DNA of 19,637 bases from Bdellovibrionales bacterium. Lineage in GTDB: Bacteria > Bdellovibrionota > Bdellovibrionia > Bdellovibrionales > JAMPXM01. The position numbers were made by a program, and so were the translations under genes. Every line of letters begins with the position of its first letter. The stretch's first letter is position 1. Shown here in pieces: positions 8,040 through 15,578 of the stretch. A model generated the notes under the pieces. It had not been told where the DNA came from. It made no database searches and saw nothing but the letters and a program-made list of their open reading frames with translations. The stretch covers positions 1 to 19,637 of the forward strand of contig JAYUEN010000104.1 in the NCBI GenBank assembly GCA_043739185.1. The letters are read 5' to 3'.

Positions 8040-9722
8040 TCAAATGCTGTCCCAACCACTATTATCGTCATCGTGGCTGCCTTCGCCTGATGCCTTTTTG
8101 ATTGGCATATGAGTCGTAAATGAATGCGACTCTTTTTTTAGCTTTAAAATATTTCCCGCTTGTGCGGAACCTTGCTCTCCGGGAGTTTTTCTTAGTGACT
8201 CCGAAGATTTTGAATTCTTAGCACCATCGACAATTGAAAATAACTCTTTGACTTCGATTTTAAGACTATCTGATAGATCGAACAAAATCGAACTGGCCGA
8301 GGCAGACATTTCAGCGCTTGCAGCATTTGATTGGGTTGACTTGTTTAGGGCTTCAACGCTGACACTAATTTGTCTAATTCCGCTGTTCTGTTCTTTTGAT
8401 GCACGATAAATTTGTTCACTACTGGCTAAAATTTGTTTTGTTGACGAAGTGACCTCTGCCATCTTGGCAGCCGCTTCGTGACAGAATGCAAAACCACTCT
8501 CGACTCTTTTTTTGGTATCGAGACTGACTTCTTGTGCAGATTTAATTGCGGTTTTGACAATGGCAAAAATTTCAATCGCAGATTTTCCGCTCATCTTTGC
8601 AAGGTTTCCTACTTCTTGAGCCACCACTCCAAAACCTCTTCCGTGCTCACCAGCGCGCTCTGCTTCGACCGACGCATTAAAGGATAGCAATTTAGTTTGA
8701 AAAACAATTTCATCAATTAAATCTGTTTTCTCACCAATCTCTTCAATGATTTTGGCAAGTTCTTCGACCTTGGCATTTGATTTTTTAATTTCACTCATAG
8801 ATTCCATCAAGGATCGAATCGTCTCATTGGTTTCGGCGGTCAGAGAAATCACAGATCTTGCAAGTTTGACGCTATCTTCGGTATTCTTTAGATTGCTTTC
8901 GACCATCCCGGTAATTTCTTGAAGTGAAGCCGAGCTCTCTTCTAATGCGGCAGCTTGTTCTTGTGAGGCGCTCGACAATTCTTGGGATGAAACCGCCAGT
9001 TGCTGCGATGATTGCGCCACCTCAACTGAAGAGCGATCTACTTTTTGGGTCACATTCTGCAATTTTTTTGAAAGACTAAATGCGATTGTCATCCCAAAAC
9101 ACCATAAAAACAAAATCGAAAGCAAAGCCACTAGCTGCATATTTTGCTCGGCTCGCTCGGCGCCTTCTTTAGATTCAATATTAAGCAAGCCAACCCGTCC
9201 CTCAAAGTTTTTTGAAATGGCGGCAAAGGATTCATCCATACGTTCAACTTCAGGTAGTAATTTTCTTAAAATGAGCTCGCGCACCCAACGATCTGATTCT
9301 GGCAAATTGTCTTTGTAACGGACCAAAATAGCGGCCAAAGTGGGTGCAAGCAGCGTCGATCTGTGTGAAATATCATCGAGCTGCTCTAAAGATTTAGCTT
9401 CGAGTCCAACACCTTTAAGCCGCGCGAGCTGTTGCGTGAAATCGATATAGGCATTTTCTGTTAAACTTATTCGCTTCAAACGAAAGCTCGCATCACCTTC
9501 GGCCAATAATCCCGAAGTCAAAAGTCTTACCATTTCATTCAAGCGTGTGGTTGCGGCCCCGATGGATTGCGCCTCGGGAATCTTCATCGAGATAAAACTA
9601 TTTATTGTTTTCGTTTGTTTATCTCGAATATCAAAAGCTGCAAATAATGAAATCTCGAGCGCCACTGAGCCGATCATGAGAATGATCAAAAGTTTCAATT
9701 TAAGTCCACGTAACCAACCCAT
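8040..9722 (-). CDS. Methyl-accepting chemotaxis protein
   Basis: Two TM segments flank a helical (4HB-like) periplasmic domain. The hairpin tip reads [40 protein letters not shown], the methylation helices include [18 protein letters not shown], and the C-terminus is GWDSI. RBS AAGGAG precedes ATG 9722. Confidence 0.95.
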   Translation of the reverse strand: MGWLRGLKLKLLIILMIGSVALEISLFAAFDIRDKQTKTINSFISMKIPEAQSIGAATTRLNEMVRLLTSGLLAEGDASFRLKRISLTENAYIDFTQQLARLKGVGLEAKSLEQLDDISHRSTLLAPTLAAILVRYKDNLPESDRWVRELILRKLLPEVERMDESFAAISKNFEGRVGLLNIESKEGAERAEQNMQLVALLSILFLWCFGMTIAFSLSKKLQNVTQKVDRSSVEVAQSSQQLAVSSQELSSASQEQAAALEESSASLQEITGMVESNLKNTEDSVKLARSVISLTAETNETIRSLMESMSEIKKSNAKVEELAKIIEEIGEKTDLIDEIVFQTKLLSFNASVEAERAGEHGRGFGVVAQEVGNLAKMSGKSAIEIFAIVKTAIKSAQEVSLDTKKRVESGFAFCHEAAAKMAEVTSSTKQILASSEQIYRASKEQNSGIRQISVSVEALNKSTQSNAASAEMSASASSILFDLSDSLKIEVKELFSIVDGAKNSKSSESLRKTPGEQGSAQAGNILKLKKESHSFTTHMPIKKASGEGSHDDDNSGWDSI

Positions 9723-9758
9723 GACTCGCTCCTTAAAAAGTGAAAGAATCTGCAATTC

Positions 9759-9786
9759 TCTTCGGCTTCATAAAGACATCGCTTAA
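9759..9786 (-). promoter_or_regulatory. Putative sigma28 (FliA) promoter of the MCP
   Basis: Minus strand TAAG-N15-GCCGAAGA versus consensus TAAA-N15-GCCGATAA. MCPs are typical FliA targets. Confidence 0.65.
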
Positions 9787-9914
9787 GACCTGAAATTACT
9801 AAATTTTTACTGAGAACTCGACCCGAAATGGCGAATCGCATCCCGACCAAGGTCGCAAAAAACTGCCGAGAGTCTAGTTTTCAAAAAACAAAACAATTTA
9901 AGTGCCTAGAATCT

Positions 9915-9942
9915 TTGAGCTAGGTGCAAATTTAACCGATAG
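9915..9942 (+). promoter_or_regulatory. Possible sigma28-like promoter of the cNMP-ATPase gene
   Basis: TTGAG-N15-ACCGATAG ends 7 nt before ATG 9950, which has no SD. A second candidate, CCAAG-N13-GCCGAGAG, lies at 9847-9872. Confidence 0.4.
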
Positions 9943-9949
9943 AAATATT

Positions 9950-12601
9950 ATGGGTGAAGCACCGATTGATCCTTCAATCATTCAACTTTTAAAATCAAGT
10001 CATCTTTTTGGTGACGCTGATGATGCTGTATTGAATTTGGTTGCGTCGCAACTCAAAGCGTTTTCATACAAAAAAGGCGAACCCATTATTTTAGAAAATG
10101 AAATTAGCGATCAAGTATATTTTATTAAAACGGGTGCAGTCGAAATCACCAAATACCGCCCCGAACTACAGCAAGTCACGCGTGTGGCTATGCTTTTGCC
10201 GGGCTCGCACTTTTCTGAATTTTCAGTAATCAACCACAGCTATAAATCTGCCTCCGCTTTTGCTTTCGAAGATACAGAACTTTATCAAATGCTCGGTGAT
10301 ACCTTTTTAAAAATTCTTTTGAAAACGCCCGCCCTTTCCTACAACTTGGCAATGATTCTGGCTGATTTGAACTTAAATTTTTCGCAAAGCCACACCTATA
10401 TTGAGTATTTTGATCCAGCCTCAATAAGCGTGAGTTCAGAGATTGCAAGTTTTTTCCCGCCCAATCTCTGGAAGAAATTTGGTGCTTTGCCCCTTCGGTA
10501 TTATACAAACAATATTTTGTTTGCAGCGAAAGACCCTTATCGCACAGAATTCTCTCAGTTTTGTCAGACCCAGCTGGCCAAGATTCAAGTTAATGTCGTC
10601 TTGATTGGCGAAGAAGATTTTGAATTGACTGAAAAAAAATTGAAACTCCTATATGCCGGCGGTCCGAGCAAAACGAAAAAATCCATTGAAAAATTTGAAG
10701 AAGAAGATATTAAAACCTCCCTAACTAAATCTCACTATTTTGATTCGATGAATCCCCAAGTCTTTGAACAATTGGCAGGAGTTGCAGAAAAAGTAACTTA
10801 TCAAGCTGGTGAAATTATTTACTCTCCAGGAGAAGTCAGTGAAACTTTTTATTTGGTGCAATCTGGCTCTGTGGAACTCTCAAAGCAAATCAATTCAAGT
10901 TCAAATTACTGCCAACTCATTGGCATCGGACAACGCCAAAGTCTCTCAGAAGTTTCTCTACTAACCAATACTCCTCATTCACACATCGCCAGGGCTTCAC
11001 AAACTACAAATATCATTAAATTGAAAAAAAATGTCTTCATGCAGCTCTTAAAATCAGGTGCATTTTGTTTAAATGTTTCAAAGGTTTTGGCAAAACGACT
11101 TGAGTTTGTTACCAGATTCAGTGGCGTGAAATTTGATACCAATCGCGAAGCGCCAAAAATGCAAGATGCGCTTAAAATTCTCTCAAAAGAGGTAATGCTC
11201 GAGCACCAGCTTATTCCATTAAAAGTAAATAATGAAGAAGTGACTCTTGGAGTTGTCAATCCTAACAGTGAATCGATTTGCTTTGTGGCCGCCCGATACT
11301 TGAGGGGATATCGTATTAATTTAGAAGCAATCCCTTTTGAAAATTTTAAAAAGTGGATGAGCCTGGGGGAAGCAGTGATGGCCTCAAATGGTCTGCCACT
11401 GAATACGAAGAATATCTCGATGGCCAAAACAGAAGGTACTGTTTTCGAACTCAATCGAATTTTAGTTGAAGGCTATGACTCGAGAGCCAGCGATGTGCAC
11501 TTTGAACCTTCTAATGACGGCTATTGTGTGCGCTACCGAATTGACGGAGTGATGATGGAAGTGGCCAATAAAATTCCCAAAGAAATTGGCATTGAATTGG
11601 TTTCACGAGTGAAGGTCCTTAGCCAACTCGATATTGCCAACCATATGGTGCCGCAAGATGGTCAACTCAAACTAGTTGCTGGCGACACACATATCACGGC
11701 GCGAGTTTCGACCGTACCAACCAAACATGGTGAAAACGCTGTATTGAGACTCATTCGAAACCGCAGCTCCACACAGCCCTTGAGTATGCTAGTTCCTGAC
11801 ATCTATTCAATTAAAATTCTAAAAGCTATAGCCCGTGCGAAACAGGGATTGTTTTTGGTCACTGGGCCAACCGGCTCCGGAAAAACCACAACACTCTATT
11901 CGTTGATTGCAGAACTCAATCATGTAGATGTCAAAATCATATCGCTTGAAGATCCCGTAGAGCTTGAAATTCCGGGTACCACACAAATTGAAATAAATGA
12001 AAAATCCGGAATGAGTTTCGCAAAGGCCTTGAAGAGTACACTCAGACAAGATCCTGATGTTGTAATGGTCGGAGAAATCCGTGATGAAGAGTCTGCTAAA
12101 ATTGTTTTTGAAGCCGCCATGAGTGGGCACTTGGTCATTTCAACTCTGCATACCAATAGCTCTTTTGGAATTCGCAATCGACTTCATGATCTCGGAATTC
12201 CTGCGGGAGTAGCGGCGAGTGGAATTATTGGCGCCATGGCTCAGCGCTTGGCCCGCGCCCTTTGCAAAAAGTGCAGTCGCCTCAGACCTACTACCGCAAT
12301 CGAAAAAGAATTTTTCGCAAAACGTCTTGGTCCGAATCAGGTCCCTTTAGAATTGAAGGCGGCGGTTGGATGCTCCGCCTGCAATGAGACTGGCTATCTA
12401 GGTCGAATTCCAATAATTGAAATCTGGAAGAAGACCCGAGAAATTGAAGAACTCATTTCAAGCAATGCAAAAACCGAAGACCTAATTCATGCAGCAAAAA
12501 AGTCAGGCTATATCAGCATTGAAGATTTTGGCCTAAAAATGGTTCTGTGCGGCCTCACCAGCATTGAAGAGGCCGAGCGCGTGACTGCCGGATATACTTA
12601 A
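9950..12601 (+). CDS. GspE/PilB-family traffic ATPase fused to two cyclic-nucleotide-binding (cNMP) domains
   Basis: C-terminal half: ASDVHFEP, VRYRIDG, LDIA...PQDG, RVST.PT.HGE.AVLRL, Walker A GPTGSGKTTT, LEDPVE, LRQDPDVVMVGEIRD, GHLVISTLHTN and the Zn motif CKKC...CSAC. N-terminal half: two cNMP folds (YKKGEPII...VYFIKTGAVEI; YQAGEIIY..GE....FYLVQSGSVEL), each followed by an N1D-like segment. Start is ATG 9950, or GTG 9902. Confidence 0.9.
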   Translation: MGEAPIDPSIIQLLKSSHLFGDADDAVLNLVASQLKAFSYKKGEPIILENEISDQVYFIKTGAVEITKYRPELQQVTRVAMLLPGSHFSEFSVINHSYKSASAFAFEDTELYQMLGDTFLKILLKTPALSYNLAMILADLNLNFSQSHTYIEYFDPASISVSSEIASFFPPNLWKKFGALPLRYYTNNILFAAKDPYRTEFSQFCQTQLAKIQVNVVLIGEEDFELTEKKLKLLYAGGPSKTKKSIEKFEEEDIKTSLTKSHYFDSMNPQVFEQLAGVAEKVTYQAGEIIYSPGEVSETFYLVQSGSVELSKQINSSSNYCQLIGIGQRQSLSEVSLLTNTPHSHIARASQTTNIIKLKKNVFMQLLKSGAFCLNVSKVLAKRLEFVTRFSGVKFDTNREAPKMQDALKILSKEVMLEHQLIPLKVNNEEVTLGVVNPNSESICFVAARYLRGYRINLEAIPFENFKKWMSLGEAVMASNGLPLNTKNISMAKTEGTVFELNRILVEGYDSRASDVHFEPSNDGYCVRYRIDGVMMEVANKIPKEIGIELVSRVKVLSQLDIANHMVPQDGQLKLVAGDTHITARVSTVPTKHGENAVLRLIRNRSSTQPLSMLVPDIYSIKILKAIARAKQGLFLVTGPTGSGKTTTLYSLIAELNHVDVKIISLEDPVELEIPGTTQIEINEKSGMSFAKALKSTLRQDPDVVMVGEIRDEESAKIVFEAAMSGHLVISTLHTNSSFGIRNRLHDLGIPAGVAASGIIGAMAQRLARALCKKCSRLRPTTAIEKEFFAKRLGPNQVPLELKAAVGCSACNETGYLGRIPIIEIWKKTREIEELISSNAKTEDLIHAAKKSGYISIEDFGLKMVLCGLTSIEEAERVTAGYT

Positions 12602-12981
12602 GGCTGATCCTTCGGTGATAAACAAATTCCGCTGAGCTTTCCATCGTGAGTTTCGAGAAAACCCCGCAAACCTCCACCCAAATAAACCAGAGAAAAGTTA
12701 TAGTGAGCACTCTTATACTGACTGGCATCGATGCCCATAAAACTTCTTGTTAAAAGCTCGTAGGTAAAAAGCGGATTTGGCACCACCGCTCCGGTTCGAA
12801 CGAAAAGCTCTTTTGTCCCGCTCAAGAAATTTGTCATCGAAACAACTGCGTATTGAGCTCCCACCAAAATATTGCCATCTTCACTCTTCATTGGTCCACA
12901 ATTCACCAAGACATTCTCTGCCCTTGAAAAGCTGGGCAAAGCAACGGCAGTAAACATTATCGCAATAAGAAAATTTTTCAT
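12598..12981 (-). CDS. Small secreted hypothetical protein
   Basis: 127-aa ORF with GGGAGAG RBS, a signal peptide ending SRA and one Cys near each end of the mature chain. Confidence 0.8.
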   Translation of the reverse strand: MKNFLIAIMFTAVALPSFSRAENVLVNCGPMKSEDGNILVGAQYAVVSMTNFLSGTKELFVRTGAVVPNPLFTYELLTRSFMGIDASQYKSAHYNFSLVYLGGGLRGFLETHDGKLSGICLSPKDQP

Positions 12982-13161
12982 ATGCTCTCCCTTTTTTTTT
13001 AAAAAAACCAGTAGAGAAAAAGACTATATTTAGACGTTCCGTAACGCCCCTTTTCTACAGAAGTTTGTTCTTTCACACAATTCATAACGCCATTAAATTT
13101 GGGTTAAGGACTTATACCTAAACAAGTGGCATAATTGAGCACTGTGGATTTTGAATATGCT

Positions 13162-13587
13162 TTACATTGCCAGGGCGATTACGGCCTGTTGTATTTCTTT
13201 CGTATATGCAAAAAACTCAATAGCAGATTTTAATGGAATCCAAAAGGTCCCATGATGGTAGTCAGCATCCGATACAGGTTTTGGATCGTGATATTCTTCG
13301 GCCAGAATTCCTCGGTAAAAAAAAGTTTTACAAGAATATTGAACTTGGTCCCAGTGATGTGAGTACGACTTAACGACTTCTGAATTTGGATCAATGATTA
13401 AGCGATAACTAGTCTCTTCAAGAGCCTCTCGCCGGGCGCACGCCCATGGCTTTTCGCCCGCCTCAATTTTCCCACCCGGCAAAAACCAGTACACTTGCTT
13501 TGACGAGGGATCAACGCCTTTAAACACCAGTAATTTATCTTGATATAGGCAAACAACTGAGGCTCTTTCTCGATATGCTTTTTTCAT
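13162..13587 (-). CDS. NUDIX hydrolase
   Basis: WFLPGGKIEAGEKPWACARREALEETSY matches the Nudix box GX5EX7REUXEEXGU, with the terminal G replaced by S. Confidence 0.92.
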   Translation of the reverse strand: MKKAYRERASVVCLYQDKLLVFKGVDPSSKQVYWFLPGGKIEAGEKPWACARREALEETSYRLIIDPNSEVVKSYSHHWDQVQYSCKTFFYRGILAEEYHDPKPVSDADYHHGTFWIPLKSAIEFFAYTKEIQQAVIALAM

Positions 13588-13772
13588 CTCTTAAACTCGT
13601 GATTGGATAGTTCTCATTAGTAGGCCTGTTCCTTTTTGTCTGTATTCAATGGAACGATATTATTCCAAAACCTAGACCAGGTCACTCCCTAGAATCTTGA
13701 CAAAAAAATGGCTCAAGCTTTCAATGAATCTGACTGTTTATTTGCCAATTAATTATTAACAGGGGGGCTTTC

Positions 13773-14492
13773 TTGAAAAAAATAGTTTTAGCTTTAATGC
13801 TTGTAACTTCCTATGCCTTTGCGCAAGGTCCAAGCGATCAAATTTTATCTGGTGATGTCATTTGCACAGACGGACAATCGAATCTCTCAGACCAAAGCTT
13901 TTCGCCAAATGCACAACCTGATGCACAAATAATTGAGGCACCTCGCCCAGGTCCGCAACCAGGTCCTTGGCCACATCCCCAACCAGCGCCACATCCTCAA
14001 CCACCACCTCATCCGCAACCGCCACCACATCCGCAACCGCCACCACATCCAGGACCATGGCCACATCCTCAGCCGCCACCGGTTCCGCATCCTGGTCCGT
14101 GGCCACAGCCGCATCCAGGACCATGGCCACAACCAAGACCTTATCCACATCCATATCCTGTGCCAGGACCATGGCCAAGACCTTATCCACATCCAATTCC
14201 GCCGCCAATTCCTCAGCCAATTGGGATTGTCACGATCTATCCAAATTTCAATTGTCTCGATAATTTGATGCCAGAAAATGCTTTTAACTTAGCAATGGAT
14301 GCAGCCAATTGTGATTCAATGAATCCGGACAGAATTGAATTAGATGCCTATTTGTGTTTTGAAGTAGAGCAATCTATTGATCGTGTGAAGGCCAATGAAA
14401 TCATGAGCCTTGCTACCACGCCAATGGGCTTAGATGACATACGAACTATTGAGCATGCTTCTAGTATTTTGTATTATCGCTGCGAATTATAA
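13773..14492 (+). CDS. Secreted Pro/His-rich repeat protein with Cys-containing C-terminal domain
   Basis: TTG start with AGGGGGG RBS and signal peptide MKKIVLALMLVTSYAFA. It has PHPQPP/PGPW/PRPYP repeats and is followed by a terminator. Confidence 0.85.
   Translation: MKKIVLALMLVTSYAFAQGPSDQILSGDVICTDGQSNLSDQSFSPNAQPDAQIIEAPRPGPQPGPWPHPQPAPHPQPPPHPQPPPHPQPPPHPGPWPHPQPPPVPHPGPWPQPHPGPWPQPRPYPHPYPVPGPWPRPYPHPIPPPIPQPIGIVTIYPNFNCLDNLMPENAFNLAMDAANCDSMNPDRIELDAYLCFEVEQSIDRVKANEIMSLATTPMGLDDIRTIEHASSILYYRCEL
13941..14219 (+). repeat. Coding degenerate tandem repeats (6-nt/18-nt periodicity)
   Basis: CCAGGACCATGGCCA occurs at 14049, 14115 and 14163. CCAAGACCTTATCCACATCCA occurs at 14133 and 14175. 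CATCCGCAACCGCCACCA is repeated in tandem. Confidence 0.9.
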
Positions 14493-14507
14493 AAGAATCT
14501 AATTTCG

Positions 14508-14541
14508 AAAGGCGGAGGTCAGTAGCCTCCGCCTTTTTTTT
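14508..14541 (+). terminator. Rho-independent terminator
   Basis: GGCGGAGG-tcagtag-CCTCCGCC followed by T8, just after stop 14492. Confidence 0.92.
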
Positions 14542-14575
14542 GAAAAAAAACCAATGATAGAAAGCTCAAACTAGA

Positions 14576-14866
14576 ATGAAAGCAATGGCCATTTTCCTCT
14601 TATTATTCAGCTCAGTCTCTGCACTTGCTCATAAAGAAAATGCCGGATGTAAAAAAATTCATGAAGCTTGTAGCGAAGCAAATCAAACCGGCAAAGATGC
14701 CTGGCACTGCGCCCACAATCTTATGAAGGGCGAAAAGGTCGAGGGAATAAACAAAGATTTAATTGAAGCGATCAAGGATTGTAAGAGCGCAAAAGGACTA
14801 CATCATCAAAAAGAAACCGCAGCTGATTCAGCCGCGGCTCATGATTCAAAATCAGAATCTAAATAA
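14576..14866 (+). CDS. Small secreted Cys/His-containing hypothetical protein
   Basis: 96-aa ORF with a signal peptide ending ALA and four Cys (CKKIHEAC...C...C). There is no CXXCH motif. Confidence 0.75.
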   Translation: MKAMAIFLLLFSSVSALAHKENAGCKKIHEACSEANQTGKDAWHCAHNLMKGEKVEGINKDLIEAIKDCKSAKGLHHQKETAADSAAAHDSKSESK

Positions 14867-15307
14867 TTACATGATATGAACTGGAAATGAGCAATACAAA
14901 GGTAGACTTGGCTCACTTGCTAATTGCAAATTAAGTTTTGCTTTTGAGTTTGGAACGAAAGTGAATACATTTGAATTTTGTGGTTGTGGGTTCAATTGCT
15001 GATCGATAACTAATTTAAAATATTCGCCAGCTGAACGTGTATCGACAATCGTTGTCTTTTGGCCCTTGGTAGTCATTTTCACTTCGATTGGTCCGGCGAT
15101 TTGCGTATTACCTACAACACCACCATGATAAATATTTGCAATATACTGAGGTGTTCCTTCGGTACTTGTAATTTGAATTGAATATCCATTTACCAAAGTC
15201 GTTGAACAAGAAACCACAGTGTCTACGCGGCCTGGTACGAAATTCGCGAAAGCGCTGCTAACTGAAAGTAGCGTAAGTGCTGCAAAAGCCATTGATAATT
15301 TTTTCAT
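14867..15307 (-). CDS. Small secreted hypothetical protein
   Basis: 146-aa ORF with AGGGG RBS, a signal peptide ending AFA and one Cys near each end of the mature chain. Confidence 0.82.
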   Translation of the reverse strand: MKKLSMAFAALTLLSVSSAFANFVPGRVDTVVSCSTTLVNGYSIQITSTEGTPQYIANIYHGGVVGNTQIAGPIEVKMTTKGQKTTIVDTRSAGEYFKLVIDQQLNPQPQNSNVFTFVPNSKAKLNLQLASEPSLPLYCSFPVHIM

Positions 15308-15399
15308 AAAAACCCCTATTAATTATTACTTGATTCAAATTCTTGAGCGACTCAGATTTGCGCCGCCTGCAGAATCAAGTATTGATAATGGGTCCACAA

Positions 15400-15416
15400 A
15401 GCAGAAAGCGTGCCAG
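15400..15416 (-). promoter_or_regulatory. Sigma54 (-24/-12) promoter of the 14867-15307 gene
   Basis: Minus strand CTGGCACGCTTTCTGCT is close to consensus YTGGCACG-N4-TTGCW. Confidence 0.8.
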
Positions 15417-15578
15417 CACGGTTTTCAGAAGATTTTGTTTATTCCTCTAGCAAAGCAGGCCCTGATTTCAAGAAAGATTGCTGATCAATGCCAAAGTGGG
15501 ATTTCTTCTGAAAGAAATTCATCGAAATCTGGGTCCACTTAGGCACTAGCAATGAGGGCGCTGAATAAGGGACAGCTA

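Noticed and set aside
400..9786. Short overlapping ORFs (400-597, 1081-1272, 2587-2829, 2626-2820, 3369-3563, 8478-8687, 9547-9786)
   Set aside because: They lie within or largely overlap well-supported CDSs in other frames and have no independent evidence.
10230..12177. Minus-strand ORFs inside the ATPase gene
   Set aside because: They are antisense shadows with no recognisable motifs.
13117..13132. Sigma54-like GTGGCATAATTGAGC
   Set aside because: The spacing is GG-N9-GC rather than N10, and there is no plus-strand gene immediately downstream.
13941..14219. Possible CRISPR array
   Set aside because: The repeats are degenerate, in-frame and coding, there are no unique spacers of regular length, and no cas genes are present.
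13858..14268. Four alternative-frame ORFs, including a striking W/R/M-rich peptide
   Set aside because: They are shadows of the CCN-rich Pro repeat, which lacks stops in other frames. Only the 13773 frame has an RBS, a signal peptide and a terminator.
14576..14866. Cytochrome c assignment for the Cys/His-rich small protein
   Set aside because: It has no CXXCH motif; WHCAH and CKKIHEAC do not fit.
15340..15372. c-di-GMP-I riboswitch (GGCGCAAA resembles GACGCAAA)
   Set aside because: The upstream GGCAAA-stem-GAAA tetraloop element and the tetraloop receptor are missing.
15219..15542. 107-aa plus-strand ORF
   Set aside because: It overlaps a better-supported gene and its sigma54 promoter on the opposite strand, and has no RBS or motif.
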